From an uncultured Bacteroidales bacterium (GTDB lineage Bacteria > Bacteroidota > Bacteroidia > Bacteroidales > FEN-979), in the NCBI GenBank assembly GCA_903916595.1, contig CAIWXI010000010.1, positions 25,311-89,310 on the forward strand: 64,000 nt of DNA. The letters are read 5' to 3'. The notes under the pieces were generated by a model. The model did not search any database. It saw only the letters and a list, made by a program, of their open reading frames with translations, and had not been told where the DNA came from. Shown here one piece after another: positions 30,715 through 40,706 of the stretch (position 1 is the first letter of the stretch; each line of letters starts with the position of its first letter). The position numbers and the translations under genes are program-made.

Positions 30715-31649
30715 CTTCCCTGCCACGTCTCCCTCTTTTCCAGCTCCTTCTCAATTCTCCGCAGCACCTCATCATACCTCAGCAATCCCCAGTTATGGTC
30801 TTCTATGTAACGTGGCGGGACCTCACCTGCAAAGCGTTCAATTGAGATCTCAGGGCTAAGGTCCTCGAGGAATTTAATAATAAAATCAATGTAGGATTCA
30901 AGGGTGAACGGATGGAAGTCCCCTGGCTGAGCCATGAATTCTTTCTCCATCACAGTCTCCTTGATGACCTGCAGCTGATGGAATTTCACGCTGTCGAGGG
31001 GCAGGGCTGAAATAAACCCTGCATAAGCACGCATCATTTCCGGGGTCTCTCCGGGCAGCCCAAAGATGAAATGGGCCCCGGTGCTGATCCCCATGGCATT
31101 GGTCCTGCCGATGGCATCCACGCCTTGTTCAACGGTATGGCATCGGTTGATGCGCTTCAATGTCTCATTGTAGATGGACTCGATCCCGTATTCAACCTGA
31201 ATGAAATATTTCCTTGTCAGTGAGGATAAGTAACTGAGGATGTCATCGTCAATGCAATCAGGGCGTGTGCCTAATACAAGGCCAACGACGCCGGGATAGG
31301 AGAGGGCTTCTTCATATTTCTCCTTCAGTACCTCAAGGGGGGCATAGGTGTTTGAATAGGGCTGGAAATAGGCGAGGAATTTGTTCGCACGCCGGTACCT
31401 GACTGCATGAAACTCTATCCCAAGCCTGAGTTGCTCGGTGATGGAGGATGTGCTTTTGCAATAAGAGGGATTGAAGGCTTCATTGACGCAGTAGGTGCAG
31501 CCTCCAATCCCTTTCGTCCCGTCTCGGTTCGGACAGGTAAATCCGGCATCAATGGCGAGCTTCTGAAGTCTTTCTCCGAAAAGGGTCTTCATTTTCCAGG
31601 TATAGGAATTATACCTGTGGGGCCCCCAGTTATGGATCTTCTTATTCAA
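30696..31649 (-). CDS. TIGR01212-family (YhcC/YtqA-like) radical SAM protein
   Basis: 'HRYNSYTWKMKTLFGERLQKLAIDAGFTCPNRDGTKGIGGCTYC'. TTG start at 31649; the conserved N-terminal segment lies upstream of the first ATG. Confidence 0.85.
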   Translation of the reverse strand: MNKKIHNWGPHRYNSYTWKMKTLFGERLQKLAIDAGFTCPNRDGTKGIGGCTYCVNEAFNPSYCKSTSSITEQLRLGIEFHAVRYRRANKFLAYFQPYSNTYAPLEVLKEKYEEALSYPGVVGLVLGTRPDCIDDDILSYLSSLTRKYFIQVEYGIESIYNETLKRINRCHTVEQGVDAIGRTNAMGISTGAHFIFGLPGETPEMMRAYAGFISALPLDSVKFHQLQVIKETVMEKEFMAQPGDFHPFTLESYIDFIIKFLEDLSPEISIERFAGEVPPRYIEDHNWGLLRYDEVLRRIEKELEKRETWQGREMVKL

Positions 31650-31655
31650 TTCAGA

Positions 31656-33323
31656 TTAGCTGGTTGTTGCGCGTTCCAGCCGTTTCAGGATTGAGAAAAT
31701 AAATATGGCAGATAAAATAGTCAAGCAAACAAGTAGCATAAAGAATTGCCATAGCTGCCATTTATCCCAGAAAGGCCCTATAAAGCCAGCCATCAGGTTC
31801 CCTATTGCGGTTGCAAAAAACCAGCCCCCCTGTGCCAGCCCTTTGAACTGGGGAGGGGCTACTTTTGAAACAAAGGAGATCCCTATCGGGCTGAGAAACA
31901 ATTCAGCTATAGTCAGTGTGAAATAAGTGCCGATGAGCCAGTAGGGCGAAAGCAGAGTGTCTGAAACTCCTCCTTTTACAGCCAGTTCTGCCGGGCTCAT
32001 CAATCCCTGGGAAGCAAGTACCATGATGAGGAATCCAACGGCTGTAATCAACATCCCTATCCCGATCTTTTTTGGTGAGGATGGCTCCTTCCCTTTTTTA
32101 TTGAGATAGGAGAAAAATCCGATAACTATAGGTGTGAGAAATACAATGAAGATCGGGTTGAATTGCTGAAAGATCTCAGGTGAAATTTTATTTCCTTCAG
32201 GCTGAAGATGATGGATCGTGAACCAGGCAACAAGTATTGATCCCAGAGCGATCACCGCACCAATGATCCGGGTCTTGCCCGCGTTGCCTTTCCCAAACAG
32301 CAGGACGAATCCCAGGATCGCAATCAGCAAAGGCAGGAAAGTGGCCAGGTTGAAAATGATCGCGGAACCCTGAGATACAGACGATACGGTATAATCCCTT
32401 GCAAAAATGGTCAGAGTAAATCCATTCTGGTGGAATGCCATCCAGAAAAATCCGACGACAAAGAAAACCAGTCCAAGCGCTACCAGGCGGTCTTTGGTCT
32501 GGCTGGCAGTAAGTTCAACCAGGTTAGGCGATTTGGCGGCTTTTTGCTGTTTATGAGTTACATCAGCAGTTTTGTAGTATTTTCTAAAGCCTATGAAGAT
32601 GATCAATGAGGCGATCATGCTAACTGCAGCAACAGCGAAACCGGCATTGTATGCCTGGCTGATGCTGGCGATGTATTGGTTGCAAAAATCAGTAAGGTTG
32701 GTAAAGAGCGCACCTTGCTGTGCATGTGCAAGCTGCTCGAGCTGGGTTGTGTTTTCAAGGGTGTGATTTAAATATTTATGGGCGAGGCTGGGGATGGCTG
32801 AATCATACGTGAAGCCCGAACGGGCAAGAATCCAGTTTCTCATTCCACCGGCTGCGCTGGGGGCGAAAAAAGCGCCTATGTTGATCCCCATGTAAAACAG
32901 ATTGAAGGCTGAATCCCTGAGGTGGCTGAATTTTGCCTCATCATACAGATTTCCAACCAGAGCCTGCAGGTTCCCTTTGAAAAAACCCGTCCCGAGGGCA
33001 ATGACACCCAATGCGAAATAAATGAAATATTCACCTGTTCCGGGTAAAGCCAGCAAAACGTATCCCGCAAACATCACAATAATACCCAAGAGTATTGTTT
33101 TCCCGTATCCCAGGATGTTATCCGAAATAAACCCACCCAGAAGCGGAAGAAAATAAACCCCGAAAAGGAAAAAGCCGTAAACACGCCCTGCCTCAGAGGT
33201 GGTCCATCCAAACTTCGATTGAAGATACAGGAGAAAGATTGCAAGCATGGTGTAATAGCCGAAACGCTCGCCCATGTTGGCAAAAAAAGCCACAAATAGT
33301 CCTTTTGGATGTCCTTTAAACAT
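31656..33323 (-). CDS. POT/PTR2-family di-/tripeptide:proton symporter
   Basis: 'GERFGYYTMLAIFLLYL', 'GGFISDNILGYGKTILLG' and 'FYMGINIGAF'. Confidence 0.85.
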   Translation of the reverse strand: MFKGHPKGLFVAFFANMGERFGYYTMLAIFLLYLQSKFGWTTSEAGRVYGFFLFGVYFLPLLGGFISDNILGYGKTILLGIIVMFAGYVLLALPGTGEYFIYFALGVIALGTGFFKGNLQALVGNLYDEAKFSHLRDSAFNLFYMGINIGAFFAPSAAGGMRNWILARSGFTYDSAIPSLAHKYLNHTLENTTQLEQLAHAQQGALFTNLTDFCNQYIASISQAYNAGFAVAAVSMIASLIIFIGFRKYYKTADVTHKQQKAAKSPNLVELTASQTKDRLVALGLVFFVVGFFWMAFHQNGFTLTIFARDYTVSSVSQGSAIIFNLATFLPLLIAILGFVLLFGKGNAGKTRIIGAVIALGSILVAWFTIHHLQPEGNKISPEIFQQFNPIFIVFLTPIVIGFFSYLNKKGKEPSSPKKIGIGMLITAVGFLIMVLASQGLMSPAELAVKGGVSDTLLSPYWLIGTYFTLTIAELFLSPIGISFVSKVAPPQFKGLAQGGWFFATAIGNLMAGFIGPFWDKWQLWQFFMLLVCLTILSAIFIFSILKRLERATTS

Positions 33324-33472
33324 AATTCTGATTGTTTGGTGAATACTAAATTATTCCGGTCGGTTTATGCAAATGTAGAAAAATATTCCAGCTATCATTG
33401 TACCGGCATGCATTTTACTGAAAAATTGCAGATTAATGTAATAATTTTATACAATCGTCGTCTAAACTTCAG

Positions 33473-33988
33473 ATGAATCTTCAGGACTTTAACATAAAAA
33501 TATACCCTTTAAAGGACAAAATATTTCGCTTTGCAAAGCGGATGCTTGAGCAGACTGAAGAAGCTGAGGACATCGTGCAGGAAGTGTTCATAAGAATGTG
33601 GAAGCAGCGTGAGAAACTTGATGAATATCGCAGCCTCGAAGCCCTGGCTATGGTCACAACAAAAAATCTTTGTCTCGACAAGCTGAAGGCAAGGAAGTTC
33701 CCGGTGGAAAGCTGGAATGGCCAGCGACAGTTCATTGAAGCAATAGCAGAAGAGATCCGGCCTGATTATTCCGACATTATTGCAGGAGTAAAAGAAGCAA
33801 TGAGCAGCCTCCCGGAACAACCTCGAATGATTATTCACCTGCGTGATATTGAGGGATATGGGTTTGATGAGATCGCCGAGATACTGGGTATGCAGGAAAA
33901 TGCTGTACGTGTGGCTCTTTCAAGGGCCAGGAAACATATCCGTGAAATACTCATAACAAATAGAAGCTATGAATACCAAAGAAATTGA
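33473..33988 (+). CDS. ECF (sigma-70 family) RNA polymerase sigma factor
   Basis: Region 2 'EDIVQEVFIRMW' and region 4 'EIAEILGMQENAVRVALSRARKHI'. Confidence 0.85.
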   Translation: MNLQDFNIKIYPLKDKIFRFAKRMLEQTEEAEDIVQEVFIRMWKQREKLDEYRSLEALAMVTTKNLCLDKLKARKFPVESWNGQRQFIEAIAEEIRPDYSDIIAGVKEAMSSLPEQPRMIIHLRDIEGYGFDEIAEILGMQENAVRVALSRARKHIREILITNRSYEYQRN

Positions 33989-34544
33989 AGGAATTCTTCA
34001 GAGGTATTACGATGGGGAAACAAGCCTGGCTGAAGAAAAGCTGCTAAAGGAATTTTTCTCAGGCGGGGATGTGCCCCCACAGCTCAGGCTGCATCAGCCA
34101 TTGTTCCGGTTTTTTACTATGGAAGCCAGTGAAACCATAAGTGAAGACAACCAGGATGAGATACTGATACGAAAATTAGAGCAATACAAAAGAGAGACTT
34201 CATCTGTTGTGAAATCACATCCGGGTAAAAAACGCTTGTATTACCTGAGTGGTATTGCTGCCGGTCTTCTTATCATGCTCGGTCTGATCTTCGCAATAAA
34301 AAACGAAACCCTTAAACGGCATCACGATGAGGCTGTAAGAACTTCTACAGAACTGGCTTTTCTTGAAACCAGACAGGCTCTGCTGATGGTTTCGGTTGGC
34401 CTTAATACCGGGCTTGATGCTGTTCAACACTTCACAACACTCGATAATGCAATAGGGCAGGTGCACAAGTTCAATAAATTTAATATATATCAAACCCAGT
34501 TTATAAACCCGGAATGGATGCAAACTCCTTCCATAAACAAATAG
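33969..34544 (+). CDS. putative anti-sigma factor / membrane protein
   Basis: Overlaps the sigma gene by 20 nt. Single TM segment 'LYYLSGIAAGLLIMLGLIFAI'. Position is typical for an anti-sigma factor. Confidence 0.5.
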   Translation: MNTKEIEGILQRYYDGETSLAEEKLLKEFFSGGDVPPQLRLHQPLFRFFTMEASETISEDNQDEILIRKLEQYKRETSSVVKSHPGKKRLYYLSGIAAGLLIMLGLIFAIKNETLKRHHDEAVRTSTELAFLETRQALLMVSVGLNTGLDAVQHFTTLDNAIGQVHKFNKFNIYQTQFINPEWMQTPSINK

Positions 34545-34548
34545 AAAA

Positions 34549-35118
34549 ATGAAAACAAGAATCATCAGTTTAGTTATCACGGCATTTCTGGCAGTACCAT
34601 TATTGCTAAATGCACAAAGTCCGCTGGATAAGGTTTTTAGTAAATATTCAGGCCAGGACAGGTTTACGACTGTAAACCTTTCGAAGGAAATGTTCACCCA
34701 ATTCATGGCGATGATGGGTAATCAAAAGGACTCATCGTCCAGGGAAATGAAAGGGATTATAGATCAGCTGACAGGTTTAAAGGTCCTTACTTATGATATT
34801 GATACAACCGATTACAGCAAGGCTGTTTCTATTTACAACGAATGGGCCGGACTTTTTCCGCCTGCCACATACAAGGAACTTATGGCCGTTACCGAAGGCC
34901 GTGATAATTACAAGTTCATGACAAAACTCGATCCCAACGGCACGATCAGCGAAATGGTCATGCTGATGAAAGGCAGGAAAGAGATAGTCGTTATTAGTCT
35001 TACCGGTGTTATCGATATGGCTAATGTTTCGAAGATTTCACGTTCCATGGGCATTCATGGCATGGAAGGTTTTCAGAAGATGCATCAGCGTCAGCAGGGG
35101 ACACCTCCGAAGAAATAA
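34549..35118 (+). CDS. DUF4252-like secreted protein
   Basis: Signal peptide. Third gene of the common Bacteroidota ECF sigma / membrane protein / DUF4252 trio. Family call is from pattern memory. Confidence 0.55.
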   Translation: MKTRIISLVITAFLAVPLLLNAQSPLDKVFSKYSGQDRFTTVNLSKEMFTQFMAMMGNQKDSSSREMKGIIDQLTGLKVLTYDIDTTDYSKAVSIYNEWAGLFPPATYKELMAVTEGRDNYKFMTKLDPNGTISEMVMLMKGRKEIVVISLTGVIDMANVSKISRSMGIHGMEGFQKMHQRQQGTPPKK

Positions 35119-35125
35119 ATAAGTA

Positions 35126-35159
35126 AACCATCGCTCCGCGTTTTTGCAGGGCGATGGTT
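35126..35159. terminator. hairpin between convergent genes (AACCATCGC / GCGATGGTT, 16-nt loop)
   Basis: Perfect 9-bp inverted repeat read directly. The right arm overlaps the stop codon of the minus-strand gene. Confidence 0.35.
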
Positions 35160-37245
35160 ATATCCTGACCCGGAGCTGAGCTGTGAGATCAAGCCTCCAG
35201 TTCGCATCAATCAGGTCCAGCCCACTCCCAATAACGTCTTTATCATTATACCTTGTAAGCCCCGCTTTGATGCTGAAAACCCAGCGCCGGCCGGGCGCAT
35301 AACGTATAAACAAACAAGTCCTTATCCCTTGTCCGTAATAGGCCGGCATGGAATATCCGTAAAGCACATCAGGTTCATAAGCCCATATCCTTGCACTATA
35401 AAATGGGCAGTCGAAAACTGAATACCTGAACACAATCTTCAGAGGAAAGCTCAGGGGCTTCAGGCTTATGTCCTGGAAAAGCAGCCATCCCGAGCTTACA
35501 GACTGAAGATTTTGTTTCGTTTTTTTTATTTCGATACGGCTCTGGAGGGTGACAGCCTGGGATACGGTCCAGTTCAGCTGGAAACGAAAATCTTCTGAGC
35601 TTTCATCACCGGTTCCGTGGATTATTTCATCAGCTTGGATGTTATTGGCGTTTGCCGAGGAATACATATAACGCCAGATCAGATTCAGATTTTTATTCAG
35701 CGGCCAGGTAAGCAAGGCACCAAGATCGTTACTTGTTGATGGCATACCAATATTGAATCTGACCCATGGAAAGCTGCAGAAATCAGCAAACAAACTAAGG
35801 TTATACCGCCATGGCAGGCTTGCCGAAAGGCTTAGGAACCAGGCTTTCTCATTTGAACAATAGCTACTCTGACTGAAACAATTTGAATATAGGTTCTGGA
35901 AATCGGGGGGATAGCAGCGGTACAGAATTACTGCACTGAACCTCGGATCAGGGTTCAGGTTCAGACCTGCAATCCAGGCTATGTTTCCGTTCGCACTCCG
36001 GCTAACTTCTCCCGATAGCCTGAAGAAACGGTAAAAACAATTGAAATCAGCACCTGTCACAAAATTGTTCCTGCCCATGAAGGTAAAATAGTTGTAAAGT
36101 TCAGTCCGCGGCTGAAACCGGGCGCTGAGTGAAACGGAATAAGCAGTAACACCCAGGCTGAAAAAATTACCTCTGAAATTCAGGTTACCACCTAAGATAA
36201 ACTCCGTTACTTTCCCTTTCTTATTGATCTCGGCAAGGGTGCGGTGATACCCTGTTTCTATAAAAGAGCTGAACACTGTCGCATTTCCATTCTCAGGATC
36301 TTCTTCAGTTACGGTGGCGTCGCGTTTACGGTATGAACAGATCCCGCTTAATGTAAAGTGCCCGGCCCCTAAACTTACCGCTATTCCGCGAAGGATATTG
36401 CTTTCCGAAACCGATTGGGTAGGATGGATGCCACTGCTTCCTGAGAATTCCTGATTAAAACCGGGATAGATTCCAAGTGAACTTCCTGTATTGAACGTCA
36501 AACCAAGCCCCCAGCCTGCACGAAAATTTCCTATGATCAGGCGTTTAAGTATCTTACCGGCAGATACACTGAGATATCCCGAATAATAATCCATGCCATA
36601 TTTCTGTGCACCGGCGAAAAATTGCTCACCCGCATCCTTATCCGCAGAAAACCCGATAGCCAGGCGGTCAGAATACGAAAACGTATAACGGAAACTCATC
36701 CCAAACGGACTGCCGGGGTAAGAGTTAATAATGTCCCCTTCATTACCCTTGTCGGGAACACTATACCCCTTCGATCTGGGAAAAATAGTGCCTGCCTGAA
36801 CCAATACTTCGCTTTTTCCATACCTGAATATGTTTTTTAATGTGAGTGGGGCTAAACGTGAAACGGGGAGAAACCTTATAAAAGGTGCAATTTTCTCGAT
36901 CAGACAAGAGTCAAAGCCTTGAACAGCAAGCAATTCATAAATAGAAAGCAGCTCGCCATAATCCTTCAGATAGGCAAGGAGTTTGCCACGCTGAAATCCA
37001 TTGAGTACAGGTATTTTTAAAAGATCTTCTTCCGATGCCAGATTCAGATTAAGGGGATGTGACCTGAGCTCATCCTGATCTTCCGTAATGATCCTGCTGG
37101 AAGTCTCGTTTTCTGCCTTCCAGTTAAGGTCATCCAGCCCATCACCAGTCCACTGTAAAGGTTCTGTCTGTGCATACGCTATGCCAGCAATAAAGAACTG
37201 TAGCCAAAGTAAGCTATTGAGTATTTTAAATATACTTTTTTTCAT
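35158..37245 (-). CDS. outer-membrane-type protein with N-terminal ComEA-like helix-hairpin-helix domain
   Basis: Signal peptide 'LQFFIAGIAYA'. HhH segment 'LNLNLASEEDLLKIPVLNGFQRGKLLAYLKDYGELLSIYELLAVQGFD'. About 550 aa of Y/F/G-rich alternating sequence follow, suggestive of a beta-barrel. Confidence 0.6.
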   Translation of the reverse strand: MKKSIFKILNSLLWLQFFIAGIAYAQTEPLQWTGDGLDDLNWKAENETSSRIITEDQDELRSHPLNLNLASEEDLLKIPVLNGFQRGKLLAYLKDYGELLSIYELLAVQGFDSCLIEKIAPFIRFLPVSRLAPLTLKNIFRYGKSEVLVQAGTIFPRSKGYSVPDKGNEGDIINSYPGSPFGMSFRYTFSYSDRLAIGFSADKDAGEQFFAGAQKYGMDYYSGYLSVSAGKILKRLIIGNFRAGWGLGLTFNTGSSLGIYPGFNQEFSGSSGIHPTQSVSESNILRGIAVSLGAGHFTLSGICSYRKRDATVTEEDPENGNATVFSSFIETGYHRTLAEINKKGKVTEFILGGNLNFRGNFFSLGVTAYSVSLSARFQPRTELYNYFTFMGRNNFVTGADFNCFYRFFRLSGEVSRSANGNIAWIAGLNLNPDPRFSAVILYRCYPPDFQNLYSNCFSQSSYCSNEKAWFLSLSASLPWRYNLSLFADFCSFPWVRFNIGMPSTSNDLGALLTWPLNKNLNLIWRYMYSSANANNIQADEIIHGTGDESSEDFRFQLNWTVSQAVTLQSRIEIKKTKQNLQSVSSGWLLFQDISLKPLSFPLKIVFRYSVFDCPFYSARIWAYEPDVLYGYSMPAYYGQGIRTCLFIRYAPGRRWVFSIKAGLTRYNDKDVIGSGLDLIDANWRLDLTAQLRVRI

Positions 37246-37265
37246 TTTCTGCGGATGAAGACGGG

Positions 37266-38093
37266 TTATTTTCGGAATTGGTACTGGATTGAGATGGCCG
37301 GACTGAATCCCAGCGTCTGATTGTATTCCGAGGCAAAATCGACAGAAAAACGATTGATCACAATACCAGCACCAATGCTAAGCCTGAAAGGGCTTGTTGC
37401 CATGCCGGCCCTGGCTGAGAGAATTCTGGCAAACCGGTACTCGGCACCTACTCTCGCACAGGTTTTGCTTACAGGATCTTTTTCTGCCTCAGCTGAAACC
37501 AGAAGCTCATCGGTAAAATTATAGGAAAGCCCAAGCTGAAAGAGAGTTGGCAGGGATTCCCCTGAGACCCGGGATAGTTTAACCGGAACCGGATTTATAC
37601 AATGAAATCCAATTGCAACATGTTTTCCCGGTTTGAACAACAAACCTGCCTCGCAGTTGAGAATGTTCCTGGAACCATTATTATCCGAAATATGGAAACG
37701 GTAATAATTCAGCTGCACCCCTGCCGAAAAATGCTTTCCGAATTTTCTTGCATACCCCAGCCCGGTTTTTAGTTCACTGTAGATGCTTGTTCCAAAATGA
37801 GTACAGGTAAATGAAAATGTACCGGGACTGATAGTGGCTGAGAATACAAGTGCTTTGGCAGACAGTTCCTTGACCATAAAACGGTTTTCAAAAAATATTC
37901 CGCAGAGAATTCCTTCGTTCCATGCATTTGAGCCCTGGTTGCTTATGGCCGACCAGTTGTCGGTCAATGCAACCGAGATCCCCGACATCCCGCTTGCACG
38001 GCCTCCGACCGGTCTCCATTCTCCTGCCGCATGCATGTTCAGCGAAAAGATTAATAACAGAAAGCCAGGCCCTTTACTCACGAACTTCCTCAT
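37266..38093 (-). CDS. small beta-barrel-like outer membrane protein, N-terminus embedded in a 12-bp repeat
   Basis: Start placed at ATG 38093 (MRKFVSKGPGFLLLIFSLNMHA signal peptide). The frame stays open to ATG 38141 through the repeat (MRKFAKKFVRKFVKKF...). Confidence 0.55.
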   Translation of the reverse strand: MRKFVSKGPGFLLLIFSLNMHAAGEWRPVGGRASGMSGISVALTDNWSAISNQGSNAWNEGILCGIFFENRFMVKELSAKALVFSATISPGTFSFTCTHFGTSIYSELKTGLGYARKFGKHFSAGVQLNYYRFHISDNNGSRNILNCEAGLLFKPGKHVAIGFHCINPVPVKLSRVSGESLPTLFQLGLSYNFTDELLVSAEAEKDPVSKTCARVGAEYRFARILSARAGMATSPFRLSIGAGIVINRFSVDFASEYNQTLGFSPAISIQYQFRK

Positions 38094-38142
38094 GAACTTC
38101 TTTACGAACTTCCTCACGAACTTCTTTGCGAACTTCCTCACG
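38079..38142. repeat. tandem 12-mer ([CT][AG][CT]GAACTTC[CT]T) x5.3, in frame with the 5' end of the OMP gene
   Basis: cacgaacttcct catgaacttctt tacgaacttcct cacgaacttctt tgcgaacttcct cacg. On the minus strand it encodes (R/K)KF(V/A/M)-type repeats. Confidence 0.9.
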
Positions 38143-38311
38143 TTTTTCCTCCCTTTCCTTTCTCCTTAATCCGCCATCATCCAAAAAGTAATACATCCCG
38201 GACCAAAAAATGTTGAAAAAATTATCGTGTACCATGAAAATTGATTAATTTTCCTGTCTGAATATTAACGAAGTTGCTGAAAATGAAGGTGTACTTCTTA
38301 AACCATATGCC

Positions 38312-38971
38312 ATGAACCACATTATCCTCGATTTTTTAAATGAGTTAAAAGAAAACAACTCCCGCGAATGGTTTCATGCAAATAAGAAACTATACGACGA
38401 TGCCAAAGCCGGGATGGAAGCCTTTGTCGACAGTCTGATTCCGCAAATAGCAGTGTTCGATCCTGCGGTCAAATTTGTGAGTGCTAAGGAATGTATGTTC
38501 AGGATTTTCAGGGATGTGAGGTTTTCTAAGGATAAATCACCCTATAAAACCAATATGGGTGCATGGATCTCCCGGGGAGGTCGCAAGAGTCCGGGTCCGG
38601 GTTATTACCTGCATATTCAGCCGGGAGAATCAATGTTAGCAGGGGGTGTATATATGCCTGAACCAGATCAGCTTAAAAAAATAAGACAGGAGATCTTTTA
38701 CAATGCAGAGGAATTCAAGGCTATCCTGGGTAACAGTAAGGCAACAAAATATTTCAACGGCTTATCAGAATGGGATAAACAGAAATTGGCTCCGCGAGAC
38801 TTCCCGAAAGATTTTCCTGATATTGAGTTGCTGAAATACCGGCATTACACGGTTTCGCATATGCTCGATGACAAGAAGGTGAATGATAAGGATTTTACGA
38901 AACTTGTTATTAAGGTCTTCAGGCTGATTCAACCTCTGAACGTTTTCCTCGAAAGGGCACTGAACGGTTGA
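38312..38971 (+). CDS. DUF2461 (TIGR02453) family protein
   Basis: 'LKENNSREWFHANKKLYD' and 'FRIFRDVRFSKDKSPYKTNMGAW'. Confidence 0.8.
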   Translation: MNHIILDFLNELKENNSREWFHANKKLYDDAKAGMEAFVDSLIPQIAVFDPAVKFVSAKECMFRIFRDVRFSKDKSPYKTNMGAWISRGGRKSPGPGYYLHIQPGESMLAGGVYMPEPDQLKKIRQEIFYNAEEFKAILGNSKATKYFNGLSEWDKQKLAPRDFPKDFPDIELLKYRHYTVSHMLDDKKVNDKDFTKLVIKVFRLIQPLNVFLERALNG

Positions 38972-39631
38972 TTAGTCAAAGCTGCCGATCACAGTTTGGG
39001 TCCCTGTTACTTTTTGTCCGAGTTTTACGTCAATCTTGGTATTAACAGGCAGGAGCAGATCGACTCTTGAACCAAATTTAATAAAGCCAAGCTCTTCTCC
39101 CTGATTCACGGGTTCTCCTACTTTAGGATAACATTTTATCCGGCGGGCCATTGCGCCAGCTATCTGACGTATAAGCACCTTTTTCTTCCCCCAGGTTTCA
39201 ATAACGGTGGTTGCCCTTTCATTTTCCAGGCTTGCCTTTGGATTGAAGGCAACCATATGTTTACCGGGATGATAGAAATAATATTTTATTTCCCCGTCAA
39301 CAGGAAACCAGTTCACGTGAACATTCGTAGCCGACATGAAAATAGAAACCTGTATTCGCTCATCCTTGAAATATTCCGGTTCATGAGTCCTCTCAATAAC
39401 GACTATTTTTCCGTCGGCCGGTGCAAGGATGCGGTTTCTTCCCGTATTGGTATCCCTAACGGGAGATCGGAAAAAGCGGACGATCATCAGAAAAAACCAT
39501 AAGCCGAGAGTATAAAGGAAATAATGGAACCAGGTCTGATCGGGAAAAATATGATTGAACCCGAGAAGTACTGTAACAACAAACAGAAATACTATGGTAA
39601 TAGTTTTGTATCCTTCCCGGTGTATCGTCAT
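38972..39631 (-). CDS. psd: phosphatidylserine decarboxylase proenzyme
   Basis: 'GFIKFGSRVDLLLP' with the G-S self-cleavage site. N-terminal TM segments. Adjacent to cdsA. Confidence 0.9.
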   Translation of the reverse strand: MTIHREGYKTITIVFLFVVTVLLGFNHIFPDQTWFHYFLYTLGLWFFLMIVRFFRSPVRDTNTGRNRILAPADGKIVVIERTHEPEYFKDERIQVSIFMSATNVHVNWFPVDGEIKYYFYHPGKHMVAFNPKASLENERATTVIETWGKKKVLIRQIAGAMARRIKCYPKVGEPVNQGEELGFIKFGSRVDLLLPVNTKIDVKLGQKVTGTQTVIGSFD

Positions 39632-39637
39632 TCGCGT

Positions 39638-40480
39638 TTAAATGTTTCTTATAACAAAATACAAAAATACAAAAGGAGCTGAGATAAACACGGTATCAAA
39701 CCGATCAAGTATTCCTCCATGGCCAGGAAGGATGTTTCCTGAATCTTTAATGTTCAGGCTTCGTTTAAAAAGTGATTCACTCAGATCACCAAAAGTCCCG
39801 AAAATAACTACGAGTAATGCAAGCATAAGCCAGTCGGTCAAAGGAATTCCCGGGACAAGGAGACTCAGGCAGAAAGCAGTGAGACCAGCCACAACTGTTC
39901 CGGCAATAGTGCCTTCCCATGTTTTTTTCGGTGAGATCCTCTCGAAAAATTTATGTTTTCCGAAAGGTTTTCCATATAGATATGCTCCTGTATCATATAC
40001 CCAGGTGATGATAAAATATCCCAGGAGGTAGGCCGGAAAGCCAAAGAAGTAAGCTGAATCGGGCAGATATAACTGGTTCAGAAGGGCGAGGGGCAAAGCA
40101 ACATACAGCAGGCCGGTAGTTGTGATTGCAATATTTTCGAAAGGCCGGGATTTTTTTCTGTATATTTCGATGATTACAGACAGAAAAAACATTACCAGGG
40201 CTGCAAAAACCGGTAAATAGTACCATGTGCGTGAAGGCAGATCGAATATTTTATGATTGCTAAGAAACAAGAGAAGATAAAGGATGCATCCGCATACCGT
40301 TCCGTAAATCTTCTGAGGTTGAATCTTTGTGGCTGCGAACAGGGAGTAGAACTCCCAGAGGCCAAGTATTGTTATCAGCAGGAAAGTACCTGCAAAGAGC
40401 CAGTGATTGAACCAGAGCGAGAATAATAGCAAAAAAACCATGCTGAGGCCTGTAATCGTACGCATCCAAAAATTATTCAT
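39638..40480 (-). CDS. cdsA: phosphatidate cytidylyltransferase
   Basis: 'SLFKRSLNIKDSGNILPGHGGILDRFD' signature. Multi-TM protein. Confidence 0.9.
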   Translation of the reverse strand: MNNFWMRTITGLSMVFLLLFSLWFNHWLFAGTFLLITILGLWEFYSLFAATKIQPQKIYGTVCGCILYLLLFLSNHKIFDLPSRTWYYLPVFAALVMFFLSVIIEIYRKKSRPFENIAITTTGLLYVALPLALLNQLYLPDSAYFFGFPAYLLGYFIITWVYDTGAYLYGKPFGKHKFFERISPKKTWEGTIAGTVVAGLTAFCLSLLVPGIPLTDWLMLALLVVIFGTFGDLSESLFKRSLNIKDSGNILPGHGGILDRFDTVFISAPFVFLYFVIRNI

Positions 40481-40706
40481 CAGTAACAGCCCTTTCCATA
40501 ATTTGCTTTGCCTTCAGAACATCTTCCCGTGGCACAAACAACTCAATCTCCCCGAAAGCGAGATAAGAAGAATCCTGTTTGTTTACAATAACGCATGGTA
40601 TACCTTCATCTTCAAGCAGACCTTTGATGATTTCTGCTTTGTACAGCAAAGTAGTGCTGAAAATAACTTCCCACTCGAAGTCTTTATCTTCAGGATGTCT
40701 GGGCAT
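40473..40706 (-). CDS. DUF2007-like small protein
   Basis: 77 aa. 'EGIPCVIVNKQDSSY' pattern. Overlaps both neighbours, which suggests translational coupling. Confidence 0.55.
   Translation of the reverse strand: MPRHPEDKDFEWEVIFSTTLLYKAEIIKGLLEDEGIPCVIVNKQDSSYLAFGEIELFVPREDVLKAKQIMERAVTDE

Noticed and set aside
30619-30810. A 63-aa ORF running through the palindromic element.
   Set aside because: It lies within the structured repeat and antisense to the 3' end of the radical SAM gene.
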